Positions 53,501 through 62,575 of a stretch of 64,000 nucleotides of DNA are shown one piece after another. The notes below the pieces were generated by a model that was given only the letters and a program-made list of their open reading frames with translations, did not search any database and was not told where the DNA came from. The position numbers and the translations under genes are program-made. This DNA is from Acidimicrobiia bacterium (GTDB taxonomy: Bacteria > Actinomycetota > Acidimicrobiia > Spongiisociales > ZC4RG35): NCBI GenBank assembly GCA_965203555.1, contig CBDBCY010000004.1, forward strand, positions 1,088,001 to 1,152,000, written 5' to 3'. Numbering within the stretch: the stretch's first letter is position 1; every line of letters starts with the position of its first letter.

Positions 53501-55043
53501 ATGCCTGGACCTTCTCAGATTGTTCGGAGTTTTCTACAAGCGACTCCAACCATTGTGCGATAGTTGCTCTATCGATTCCCCAGAACCGTCCCCGCGGTTC
53601 GCCATCGGGATCAGAGAGCCGATCCACTGCTGCAATCCTGTTACGGGTCAAAGCGCTGTGGTGAACCCAATCGGCAGGGCGGCCCGGGTGAGATGTCCAC
53701 CGCTTGAAAGCGGCTTCATTCTTTTGTGTCCTCGGGGTCAGTTGCCTCGGCGGAAGAGAAATCTCCTGGGCAACGCGTAATTGTCCATCCTGGTCGGGAA
53801 CAATCTCACTTCGGTAAAGACGCCTGAACAGATGTTTGCGGAGTCGGGCGGCCTGAGCGGGATCTCCCCACTCCCGTCGGCGGGGCAAAGCGTCCAGATG
53901 CCGAGCTGGGTCGACTGCAGTCGCCAGTTCCGGCAAGGCCTCGGCGATCATGTCAGCAGCGGCCTCGATCAACTCATTGTTGTACGGTCCTGGCAATAGG
54001 TTCTGACGATCCTCGTTGGTCTTCCAAGGCGCATTCAAGATGCCCGCCACGAGACTCGCGGTCTTGGTTGGAAAGAACGCCCAGAACATACCGGGAAGAT
54101 CGAGACGGTCAACTGGTGCGGCCCACCACATTGGCACAGCGAGGCGGTCGTCTCCGGGCCTACGGTCTGCGCGAGCTCTGGCAGATAAGCGATGTGTGCG
54201 CCGCAGGAGTTTCCACTGGCTGATCGCATCACCATCGGCGAGAAGGTATTCTTCTCCAACCCGCTGCACCTCCAGCGGACGGTTGATCTCAGACGAGTTG
54301 CTTGTCAATATGAGACGTCCAACATGAGAAGCAAACAGGAGAAACTCCGCCGGGAACTCTCGCATCTGCTGAGCGAGATCATCGTGCCCTCCTGGCAGAA
54401 GGGGTAGCCGGACTATGTTCGCCGCCCAACTCATAAGATCCTGAAGGACTTCGTCCCCCTCCCAACAATCGGCAGGGTCGATGGGCTCGGCGAGACGCAG
54501 GACAGGGTAGTCAGGAACTCCGGGCACTATCCTCTCGATGCGCTTCCGCGAGGCATGGCCATCGAATCGGAAGGAACCGGACCGGCTGAAGAACTCCGGC
54601 TTATCGCTCACACCGAGAACAGACTTGAATCCGAGGCCGAAAGTGCCGATCTGACCAGTGCCCCGTTTAGGAGACAAGCGGGAGAACATCAGTGATGTGA
54701 CACCCTCCTGATCAATCGGTTCTCCGTTGTCGGCGCAATAGAGGCTGGTTGCTGTCAGCCGAATCTCGATGCGCCCACCATCCCGCTTTGGAGGTCGGCC
54801 AGCCTGCTCGGCGGTATTAGCAGCCGGCCAGAGCGCATCAGCCCCATTCTGCACCAGTTCAAAGAGTTGGCGGTGTTGGTAGCCGCCGACCGCTGTGTCC
54901 TGTTCAATGCTTATGTGCTCCGCCACCAGATGCGGCTGCTCGGCATAAGCAGCAAGGTACCCCGCACAAACCTTGGCGATGTATCTGCCCAAGGCCCCGT
55001 CTGGCCCGGCCCACTTGTCCCGCATCAAGACTCTAAGACTCAC
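50559..55043 (-). CDS. Sacsin-like GHKL/HSP90 ATPase fused to an SF2 (DEAH/ResIII-like) helicase
   Basis: LFELVQNGADA, DNG, IGTFGLGFKSV; LPTGSGKT, DEAH, GLTAT, EGFDAP, QMIGRGLR. Confidence 0.88.
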   Translation of the reverse strand: MSLRVLMRDKWAGPDGALGRYIAKVCAGYLAAYAEQPHLVAEHISIEQDTAVGGYQHRQLFELVQNGADALWPAANTAEQAGRPPKRDGGRIEIRLTATSLYCADNGEPIDQEGVTSLMFSRLSPKRGTGQIGTFGLGFKSVLGVSDKPEFFSRSGSFRFDGHASRKRIERIVPGVPDYPVLRLAEPIDPADCWEGDEVLQDLMSWAANIVRLPLLPGGHDDLAQQMREFPAEFLLFASHVGRLILTSNSSEINRPLEVQRVGEEYLLADGDAISQWKLLRRTHRLSARARADRRPGDDRLAVPMWWAAPVDRLDLPGMFWAFFPTKTASLVAGILNAPWKTNEDRQNLLPGPYNNELIEAAADMIAEALPELATAVDPARHLDALPRRREWGDPAQAARLRKHLFRRLYRSEIVPDQDGQLRVAQEISLPPRQLTPRTQKNEAAFKRWTSHPGRPADWVHHSALTRNRIAAVDRLSDPDGEPRGRFWGIDRATIAQWLESLVENSEQSEKVQASMAAIQTAVLIPEEIRTKSALGNIVLTADNSWRSADPVSLFLPNELVVNTLEDRRSYVHPDLVSDRKTLAALRELGLRTPSRESLFRQVAAEVMGLPGKADGTLNRRFWAASRKIGVQNAHNVIEEHGGWNTSIRVRTKAGEWRPLHSVLMPGAIVPDDGSRDTEVAVDTEFHERDEALLRLLGVSDKPQEQHCLSHEPGYGHYEQLCAKLYRQRVPHKNPRKGYLGFTSSTGVGPVNVLTLLSDEARALYTDAALRTDALYKPWLMWHKGQNRDSYPKIPFQSLTAHMLRMHGRLRVYGDIVPFADALGQHPVNASALLALLQHPSADRIKALFDLSDPMPEILGEQDPIPLTDAWPGLKEYLPPRRRSSHLVLCERILVAGQERPTIFQVPNVYLANNIEDNQGEALRLVIQEMELGVTDQEMEAILQRRTPGEVEERRKAIRQLSTDAERLLAAVGEEYLRRGLPRSLIRVLEIDGDILTGIDIAEAAIATYHTDALRQYRQVLSHLDPPVQWAASARAVDFVRSLGFSSEWAGERNRRRSPYLEINGPPYLPELHSYQSTIANNVRAMLGNNRGASANGRGMISLPTGSGKTRVAVQAIVEAIREDRFRGGVLWVADRDELCEQAVEAWRQVWASVGAEAQQLRISRFWGGQSSPLPTDHQHVIVATVQTLNARLSSQSRQYRFLKDFKLVVFDEAHRSLAPTSTSVMEEIGLTRYQEADEPFLLGLTATPYRGRDVPETARLTRRYGNRRLDTGAFNDSDPQVVVTELQTMQVLAQVDHETIPGSTLQLTTEELEVMSRFRRGSGELARRLAQVWLPQSAENRIASDAERTKRIIGAYEKHVRPEWPTLIFATSVEHAQTVAALLNRKGTAARAVSGATESATRRRIVQEFRDGNLQVLVNYGVFTEGFDAPKTRAIIVARPVYSPNLYFQMIGRGLRGPKNGGDDRCLILNVRDNIQNFNRALAFSDLDWLWAR

Positions 55044-55434
55044 AGGGGTTGATGGCGATCCCGCAGAACCTGGCCGGTAGGTCCCTGCGGAGGGTGATCA
55101 CGTCTCAATGGAGACACTCCAGTTACCAGCAGTATGACCTACGAGTAGGCGAATATTCACTGAGGGACAATATAGCGTGTCTATCTGGTGATTTATGAGG
55201 GACACTCTCCTGAGGAATGGATGAATATGAACGGCATTTGGTGAGGGGACCACTGACCAACGCTCAGGTCAGGCCTCGCCCCTGGGTGGTCGATGGGCAC
55301 AGGGGATGGAAAGGGGGCGCGAAGTCTGCATGGTGATCTTCTCTCGAACCGGGTTTCCTGCTCCTCAACGTCGAGGTGGGCCGGCCCGGTAGGCAGATCT
55401 CAGACGGCGTGGCCCATCCGCGTGAAGCGAGGGA

Positions 55435-57888
55435 TTACTGGAAGGCTTCTACGATGGCCAGCAACCGATCGGCCTGGTCTTTGATCCATACGGCGGCTTC
55501 CGGCCAGGCGTCTTGGTCGTCTCGATCCCATGCCCTGCTCACCGAGAGGCTCCTCCCGTCCTCGCTCTCGGATGCCTCATTCCCTTCCAGTTCCTGGTCG
55601 TACATGGACTCACGGATAGTTCGGGAGTATTGGAGCATTCGCTGGGCTCGGCCACGGGTCTTGGAAGGAGGAGCCCTGAGATACAGACCGATCGACTGGC
55701 TCTTCAGACTGACACCGAGCATGTCGCCCAACTCGTTCAACTTCGGCGTCCAGATTATCCAGCTGCGCCACCCGTCACGCTGGCCATACAGGCCTCCCGT
55801 CTCTGCTTTCAGGCGTCTCCAGAATGCCTTCCTCATGTCCGGTGTTTGCTGAAACTCCACCTCGACCAGTATTCCACATCGCTCACCCATCTCTCGACAG
55901 GCGGCGGCGCTAGCAGAGAAATCACCCCGGTAGGGATACAGAACGTAGGAATCGTGGCCGGGTACCGCTCGCATCGTAAGGGTTCCGGCCTTGCTGCCTG
56001 GTGGATACTGGCTGGCTAGTTGCAGGTTCGACGAGACTGCCTCCCCACGTAAACGCTCCGGGCTGTCAGGGTCGTGGCTGAGTAGCGCTCCGGCGACGTT
56101 CAACACCATTTGACTCGCATACCCCTCCTCTTGCCAGTCGCCTCCTCCCATACGCCATCGCATCCTCCACTTGTTGCCCGATGGTGTCTGCGGGCTCGCA
56201 TCAGGGTCGGACCATGGCCAGAGCGTCAGCGCCCGGTCTGCCAGCTCCTCGGCCCGCCGCTCCAGTACCGCTTCATCCCAAGCGTCCTCGTCGGCGATAT
56301 GCCTAGTCAGCAGCACGCCGCTGCGCTCCATGATCGCGCGCTTTTCAGCGAAGGGCTTTGCCCCCATTTCCGCGTTCACCCCGCTCAAGGTGAGGTTGGC
56401 GAGTTGGTGGCAGTAGGACTTGTGTATCCGCTCCGCTTCCTCTCCCAACTCCGACCTCCACTCATCGGTCAGTTTTCGAGGCATCACATGCTCAACCGTC
56501 AGATCTCTTCGAGCGGGAGCATCGCCCCTCTGCTCCGATTCCATCATGGCACACAAGACCGCCTTCGTGGCACGAGTTGCGCCTCCGCCATACGCCTTTC
56601 GAGTTCGGATCCCCGCCCGAACCATTTCATCGTCGGGAACTTCCACGCGCTGATTGCGTAGCCTTCGTATCCGTTCCAGCCAGAACTCGGCCGGATCTTC
56701 TCCACTGCTCGGACCGGACCGTCGGCGGGCAAGCTCGGCGAATGCTTTGTTCATCCCAGCCATCGGGCGGTCTGATAACCAAAAACGCGTAATCCAGGTC
56801 CCGATCCCCGCGAGTGCCTTGGTCAGAGTTGCCTCCGTCCACTTAACCTCGACTGCCGTAGCGGCTTCATGGAGCAGGCGCAGAGTCAGGGGCCGATGGG
56901 TATCAAAGCCCATGTACCGCAAATGACGAAGCTCCTCTTCCACACCCTGGTCCCGATGCTCCCTTGCACCTATCAGGACACCGTAATGTGCAGCAAGGTC
57001 GGCCAGATCGGCTATGAGCGCCCGTCGATCCTCTCCGCTGCCGCTCCGCACGGCCCACCGCCGCAGATCCTCGTAGGCCCGATTGACACCTCGCAACTCA
57101 CCGGTCTTCCACCGCAGGAAGTCGCGGAGGAAGATGTCGATCGGATCGGTCGAGTGCTCGGCATTCAACGAGGCTTCTATCCGCTTCCAATAGTGATCGT
57201 GAAGTTCCTGCTGTTCCGCATCCTCCAAACCCATGAGCAGCCAATTCTTGAGCTTCTCGCTCTCGGTGAGGGGCCGCCCCGTGGCATTCAGGCTCTCGAA
57301 TATCTGTTGAGGATCGTCATGGTCCCCAAGGCCGATACTTACCACTCGAAGTCGTTCCAGTCCCTTCAGAAGCAATCCGATGTCATTGCGTTGGACCAGC
57401 CTTCGAGCGATCCTCCAAGCCTGGGCAACCGCGCCCGGACCGCTCGGGTCACCGTCGAGGCCCGACCGGTACTCATCCTCATCACCGTCCTGCAGCCGTA
57501 GTTTGCGGAACCGGTCAGGACTCTTCCCAGGATTCGTAAGGCGATCGTCCATAATCGTCCGCCCGGTCCAAGCTCCGCATTGCCCGTCGGGACCAAGTTC
57601 TCTAGCTATGCAGGCGAGCAGGATACTGACTGTGGTGAGCCTCTGCTGCCCGTCCACGACACGATGGACCATCACCGGCTGCACAGCCCGTGACTCCGGG
57701 AAAGTCAGGAGCGTGCCTCCATAATGAGCCGGCTCAGAACTCAACTTCGACTGTGACACGGCCAAGAGGTCATCCACCAGCCTTTCGATGTCGGGCTGAC
57801 CCCAGCAATAGCGTCGCTGCCAGCGCGGCACTACGTATTGCACCTGTGAGTTGAACAACTCCAAGAAAGCGATGTGTCTTGTGTCCAT
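55435..57888 (-). CDS. gmrSD: GmrSD-family type IV restriction enzyme (DUF262 + DUF1524 HNH) with a C-terminal extension
   Basis: VPRWQRRYCW, VDGQQRLTT, IFESLNATG, TVEHVMP...LANLTL..N; about 250 extra C-terminal residues (DUF4268-like end). Confidence 0.88.
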   Translation of the reverse strand: MDTRHIAFLELFNSQVQYVVPRWQRRYCWGQPDIERLVDDLLAVSQSKLSSEPAHYGGTLLTFPESRAVQPVMVHRVVDGQQRLTTVSILLACIARELGPDGQCGAWTGRTIMDDRLTNPGKSPDRFRKLRLQDGDEDEYRSGLDGDPSGPGAVAQAWRIARRLVQRNDIGLLLKGLERLRVVSIGLGDHDDPQQIFESLNATGRPLTESEKLKNWLLMGLEDAEQQELHDHYWKRIEASLNAEHSTDPIDIFLRDFLRWKTGELRGVNRAYEDLRRWAVRSGSGEDRRALIADLADLAAHYGVLIGAREHRDQGVEEELRHLRYMGFDTHRPLTLRLLHEAATAVEVKWTEATLTKALAGIGTWITRFWLSDRPMAGMNKAFAELARRRSGPSSGEDPAEFWLERIRRLRNQRVEVPDDEMVRAGIRTRKAYGGGATRATKAVLCAMMESEQRGDAPARRDLTVEHVMPRKLTDEWRSELGEEAERIHKSYCHQLANLTLSGVNAEMGAKPFAEKRAIMERSGVLLTRHIADEDAWDEAVLERRAEELADRALTLWPWSDPDASPQTPSGNKWRMRWRMGGGDWQEEGYASQMVLNVAGALLSHDPDSPERLRGEAVSSNLQLASQYPPGSKAGTLTMRAVPGHDSYVLYPYRGDFSASAAACREMGERCGILVEVEFQQTPDMRKAFWRRLKAETGGLYGQRDGWRSWIIWTPKLNELGDMLGVSLKSQSIGLYLRAPPSKTRGRAQRMLQYSRTIRESMYDQELEGNEASESEDGRSLSVSRAWDRDDQDAWPEAAVWIKDQADRLLAIVEAFQ

Positions 57889-58368
57889 GGGGATGCCTAG
57901 TTGGACGGTCAGCTACCGTTGGTCCGAAACCTGATACGGCAGGCTACAGAATATAACAAACCGTCTCGCCGTCCGGTCCGACTGCGCCAACCAGGCGAAC
58001 ATCCTTCCACTCCCGGACCCCCGGCCCTTGACCTCTCCCTCTTCTTACCTAAATCGCTTCCCCACGTGGAACTGCTTGATATTTGCGAAGGTGGCAGAAT
58101 TCTCTGGCTTTTTCAGGTGACCTGCAGGGTGCAGGACTGAGAACCGTAGGGACGGTTTCCCGCCGCTTCTCCCCTCCAGTGAGGCAAGTCCCCACCTTAC
58201 ACTGTTTGGCGTGAGGCTTAATACCTACCATGGCGGTTTCTCCAAGGGTCCCACTTGTCCTGGGAATACCGAGATTGCCGGTTAGTCAAGTACCAGAACC
58301 GCTTATACTCATGGCTAGTTGGCCGGGACCCCAAGAAAGGAGTCATTCTTCAAGGCTTGGGCGTGAAG

Positions 58369-58469
58369 TGGTGCCCGGAGTGGGACTCGAACCCACACGG
58401 TATGCAGGGCATTCTGCAGGGACCTCAGCATTGCCAGTGCTTAGCGTCTGCCATTTCCGCCACCCGGGC
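58369..58469 (-). tRNA. Atypical 101-nt class II tRNA: Leu-type body, GGC (Ala) anticodon, CCA encoded
   Basis: Minus strand: GCCCGGG TG GCG GAAATGGCAGA CGC T AAGCA CTGGCAA TGCTG [29-nt variable arm] GTGGG TTCGAGT CCCAC TCCGGGC ACCA. Confidence 0.8.
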
Positions 58470-58476
58470 AATCATT

Positions 58477-58504
58477 ATGGGCCACCCTGAGTGGGGTGGC
58501 CCAT
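58477..58504. promoter_or_regulatory. Perfect 11-bp inverted repeat in the tRNA leader
   Basis: ATGGGCCACCC-TGAGTG-GGGTGGCCCAT, 7 nt upstream of the tRNA 5' end. Confidence 0.6.
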
Positions 58505-58542
58505 GCCTCCATTTGGGACCAGAAAACCCAGTGTAGCGGGGT

Positions 58543-58571
58543 AACTTACACGGTTGCTATTTCGAGGGCAA
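58543..58571 (-). promoter_or_regulatory. Candidate sigma70-type promoter for the tRNA
   Basis: Minus strand TTGCCC-N17-TAAGTT, about 70 nt upstream of the tRNA. Confidence 0.5.
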
Positions 58572-58827
58572 CTGCCGTGGCGTTTTCTTTACCTGAAGAT
58601 AGAGATCGGCGCAGGTTGGCGCGCCTTGGCGAAAAGCAGGGTCAGTCCAAGACTACCAGGGTGATGACGACATCGCGAGCGCCCACGCGACCTTGCCCCT
58701 GGCAGGTTTGCGGTCCGCTTTATGGAGCCAACCATCACCCTGACTAGCCACTTTGCAATCTCTGGCATAAAGAGATCCATGCCTTATAATGGTTCTCGTC
58801 GCATTTCAGTGTGGACAGGAGAAAGAG

Positions 58828-59382
58828 ATGGTTTCATCAGGAGATCGCCAGGTTCCTTTCTGGAAGTCCCCCGTATCATGTCTTGCCCTAGTGGTTGGGT
58901 TAGTAGCATCAATGATCGGCTTAGTCAGTAGAGACTGGGGTTTGTGGTTCATTCCTTTGTACTGGTTGATTCCGTTGTGTCTACTCCCAGGTTTTTTTCG
59001 TTGGTGTGCGTCTTTTATGGAGAATCGCTCTCCGACAGTGATCACCACGGCGGCCTTCGTAGGAGGTGCTGCTTTGATTGGCATTACCTCTCTCAGTTCT
59101 GTTCCTGATACCGCTCTAGGTGACTTTGTCGCTGAGTGGAACCTGTTCGATTATCTTTTCAGATTCAGGCTTTCCGTAATGATCTTGACAATGGCACTTG
59201 CAGTTTGGACTCTGTTGAGTAGCTTCATTTACGAAATAACTAACACAAGGAGAGGTCCTATCCGCGCAGTAGCTGCTACTCTTAGCTTCACATCCATCAT
59301 GCAGTTGCCCGTATTTTTCGTCTTTACAGCACACCAGACAATACAAATTATTCGTCTTACGATCGATGTTGGCGGTCAATAA
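58828..59382 (+). CDS. Hypothetical membrane protein
   Basis: AGGAG RBS; about five hydrophobic segments; low GC. Confidence 0.7.
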   Translation: MVSSGDRQVPFWKSPVSCLALVVGLVASMIGLVSRDWGLWFIPLYWLIPLCLLPGFFRWCASFMENRSPTVITTAAFVGGAALIGITSLSSVPDTALGDFVAEWNLFDYLFRFRLSVMILTMALAVWTLLSSFIYEITNTRRGPIRAVAATLSFTSIMQLPVFFVFTAHQTIQIIRLTIDVGGQ

Positions 59383-59649
59383 GTAATGAATCCTTGGGCT
59401 AACTGAATCGCTCTGGGTACATTAATCCCTCCGAAAAACACAGGGCGACTCCGTTATCAACAGACGGACGGGTCCGTCTTCGATTCGTCAGATGCAGAGA
59501 TGTTGTTATCATTCTGCCACTGAGTAAGAGGGTGCGCGGGTAGGGACATCGCGATTGTCGCCCTCCAGCGCTCTGGACCAGGTCTGTTCCGCAAAATACC
59601 TGGTCAACATCATGAACCGTCAAACCCCCACAGAGTACGTTTTGGCAGG

Positions 59650-60228
59650 TCAGCACCTACCCGCGCGGCCTCTAAGTCGGCGTATTCCTACCAGAGTCAC
59701 GGCAACAGCCACCTTGAGTAAGGGCTTGGGTGTGCCACCCGTGGCGCCGTTTGGCTCCATGACATATCGCCAATCCACAAAGTTATCGTTGGCGATGCTT
59801 AAGATGCGTTCTACTGTTTCTGTCTCCGCATAATGGCTCCAATAGTCAGGCAGAGCCTCTAGTTGATGCTGTATCTTGTCTTGATTTACGGAACATAGCC
59901 TTCTGAACAGGTCAGAAAGCTTATGCACCTGCGGCGGCTTTGTTTGGGGCTTCGTTAGTGCAATGAGCGTCTTAATAGCCCTTTCTGTAATAAAACTGGT
60001 CACCACGACACAAGTGGTAGCTATTCCTAACTCTGTAAGTGCCTCTTTCTCACCCGCGATACGGATTTGCATGAGCGGCTCATGAGCCTGGATAAGAAGA
60101 CGGGCCGCCTCTATCTCTCCACAGAGCGATTTCAAGGCCAATGGTATATTCCATGATGCGTTCGCGCTTGGGCCACCCAGGTACACCGGCCCAGAAACTG
60201 CTTGCAAAACCGTTTGCTCCATGATCAT
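59650..60228 (-). CDS. HEPN-like domain protein
   Basis: AAGGAG RBS; TERAIKTL...HKLSDLF...FVDWRY pattern. Confidence 0.65.
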   Translation of the reverse strand: MIMEQTVLQAVSGPVYLGGPSANASWNIPLALKSLCGEIEAARLLIQAHEPLMQIRIAGEKEALTELGIATTCVVVTSFITERAIKTLIALTKPQTKPPQVHKLSDLFRRLCSVNQDKIQHQLEALPDYWSHYAETETVERILSIANDNFVDWRYVMEPNGATGGTPKPLLKVAVAVTLVGIRRLRGRAGRC

Positions 60229-60701
60229 GAGGATTGCTCCTTACTAGGCGAGATCCTGGAGATCCACATTCCTGTTAGACCACCTCATCTCAACCCATTG
60301 GTTGATGATATCCCTTTGATCGCGGAGGCTGCTCAGCTATGACTTTGATTGCATTCTCCAGTAAACGCAGGCGATGGAGAATAGTCGTCGTCGGTTTCTC
60401 GAAGGGGTAGGTGTGCAGCGGATGGAGAGGCAGACCGCCCCCCGAACCTCACCAGCATCGTCTTCATCGCCGAATTGGCCGAGCAGCGTGTTTTCGCCCA
60501 ACCATCATAGCCGAGCGGAGACGCCGAGGAAATCCTCCACGACGCCTGCTCACGCGTTCCAAAGTTAAGTGGAGCGGCACAGCATTGTCCGACGGTACTA
60601 CACCCACTTGTCGGCGTTTAGCCCTTACCAGATGCGTGTTACGACCTCGGCCCGCCACTCTCCCCGCGTTCGAGTCCTCTGCTCGTCCCAATCGCTCTCC
60701 T

Positions 60702-61607
60702 GAAAACCATGGCGGTGGCTGCGGCCGCTTCGGTGCCTTTCTCGTCGACGATCACCTTGGCGCCGTGGAGAGCGGCCGTGATCACGATCGGGGGGCAATG
60801 TTCTCAAAAGGCGCTCTGGCGCAGAACCCCCGAGGGCAGAGCCACTCTACAGGTCGGTGGGCGGCAGGGTCTGTTCCACTTGGGCATGGTGAGATCGACA
60901 TAGCCCTGCTGGGAAATGACTCCCAGTCCGGCCAGGTCCTGTGAATTGAGGGACTCCTCGACTGCGGCCAAGCCGCCGGGGTCGTGGGGCACGATCAGCC
61001 ACATGGCCAACCGGCCACCCTGGTAGGCAAGCTCGACCGCGTCGGCGCGGTCGAGTCGGACGTAGCGACGATGCACCGGTTCGCGGTCGTGCATGAACGG
61101 CACTGTCACCACGCCCTGGTCGCCGGTGGTGAACCGGCCATCGGTGGTCAACTCGGGGAGGAACGGCTCGATCCAGTCGGCCTTCAGGTACACCGTGTTC
61201 ACCAGGACCAGTTCCTGGCGTACCACCACCTGCTCGGTGACGATGGTGGGAATGAGTTCCCGGGTGGCGTCCGATATCCATTCGTTGATGGCCTCAGCCG
61301 CGGGTGCGCCTACATCGAGGTCGACCGGATGGGCCGCCGCTCCGTAATGGGACCCAGCGGTCTCTAGGAACGCGGGCAGTGGAGAGAACTCGTCGTCGGG
61401 AAAGAGACGGTTGGCCACCTCCAGGGTGGTCGGTTCCACCGAGGCCTCCGCCAGCATCAGATCGACCGCATTGGCCGCAGGATGGAGATCGACCTCAGGG
61501 AATCCGAAGATCTCATCCAGCACCGCCCCCGTGTCTCCGGATGCGCCGGCACGGCTGAGACTGAAGGCCAGACCGAGGCTCACCGGGCTAGAGACCGCGT
61601 TGCCCAA
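60702..61607 (-). pseudogene. Serpin copy 3 (frameshifted; truncated within the reactive centre loop)
   Basis: Close paralogue of 44430..45464; homology stops just after EAAAATAM. Confidence 0.85.
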
Positions 61608-62450
61608 CCAGGCCGACTGGTCGGCGCCGTCGCTTGACCAGTACTACCGGGCCCTGAACGCCGTGGCCGACGTCAAACCGGAGACCGAGGAGCATCCGGT
61701 GTCGACGGTTGTGCGATTTGACCAATCTCAACCTGCGCTTGGTGTGTTATGACCTGACGTCCACCTATTTCGAAGGTTCCACCCGACCCTCCCAGCGTTT
61801 TCCGTCGCGAGTGTTCGGGTACTCGCGGGACCATCGCCCGGACCGACCCCAGATCGTGATCGGTCTGTTATGCACACAGGATGGGATCCCCATAGCCCAT
61901 CACGTGTTCGCAGGAAACACCAACGACGCGTCCACCCTATCGGAGGTGTTGGGTGATCTGGCCAAACGGTTCGCGGTAGGCCGGATCTGCGTGGTAGCAG
62001 ACCGAGGTCTGATATCGGGCGCCAACCTGGAAACAGTCGCCCAGGCCGGGTTCGATCATCTGTTGGCCACCAGGCTACGCCGCGACTCGATCACTGCCCA
62101 AGCGTTGGCCGCTGTTGACCGGGACACGGTATGGGTCGAGTTGCCCCAACCCGGCAACAGAGCCACAGATATCGTCCTTGAGGACGGGACCCGCACTGTG
62201 GTGGTCGAGCCCGACGCCCGTTGGCTGCGGGACACCCATCGCACCGCCGAGATCGTCCAAACAGCCGAAGCGCAGTTGTTAGCGCTGGAACGCCGCGTCC
62301 GCGCGGGTGGGGTCAAAGACCCCGCCCAGATCGGCAGAGCCGCCCAACGAATCCTCAACACCGGGCGGGTCGCCCGGTTGTTCGATCTGGAGATCGGACC
62401 AGGCCGTTTTCTCTACCACTACAACGAAGACAACCATGCCTACGAAAAGC
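61608..62450 (+). mobile_element. IS1634-family transposase fragment, interrupted by ISL3
   Basis: VCYDLTSTYFEG, GYSRDHRPDRPQ, VVADRGLIS; same junction with the serpin as at 45465. Confidence 0.85.
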
Positions 62451-62575
62451 GGCCCTGCGCGTTTTTTTGGGATTGGTGGTCTGGCTGGTGGGTGGTGGGG
62501 TTCATGTTAGGAGGAGTGCTCGGGCGGCGTAGTTGTGGTGGTTGGTGAAGCCGTGGGCGGTGCGTCGGAGGGTTT
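62451..62575 (-). mobile_element. 3' end of an ISL3-family element, itself interrupted by IS110
   Basis: Minus-strand QTLRRTAHGFTNHHNYAARALLLT* (ISL3 C-terminal signature); GGCCCTGCGCG terminus. Confidence 0.75.

Noticed and set aside
58369-58400. tRNA 3' end as an att site for the island
   Set aside because: No second copy of the 3' end and no integrase in the window, and the 5' half of the tRNA is also present.
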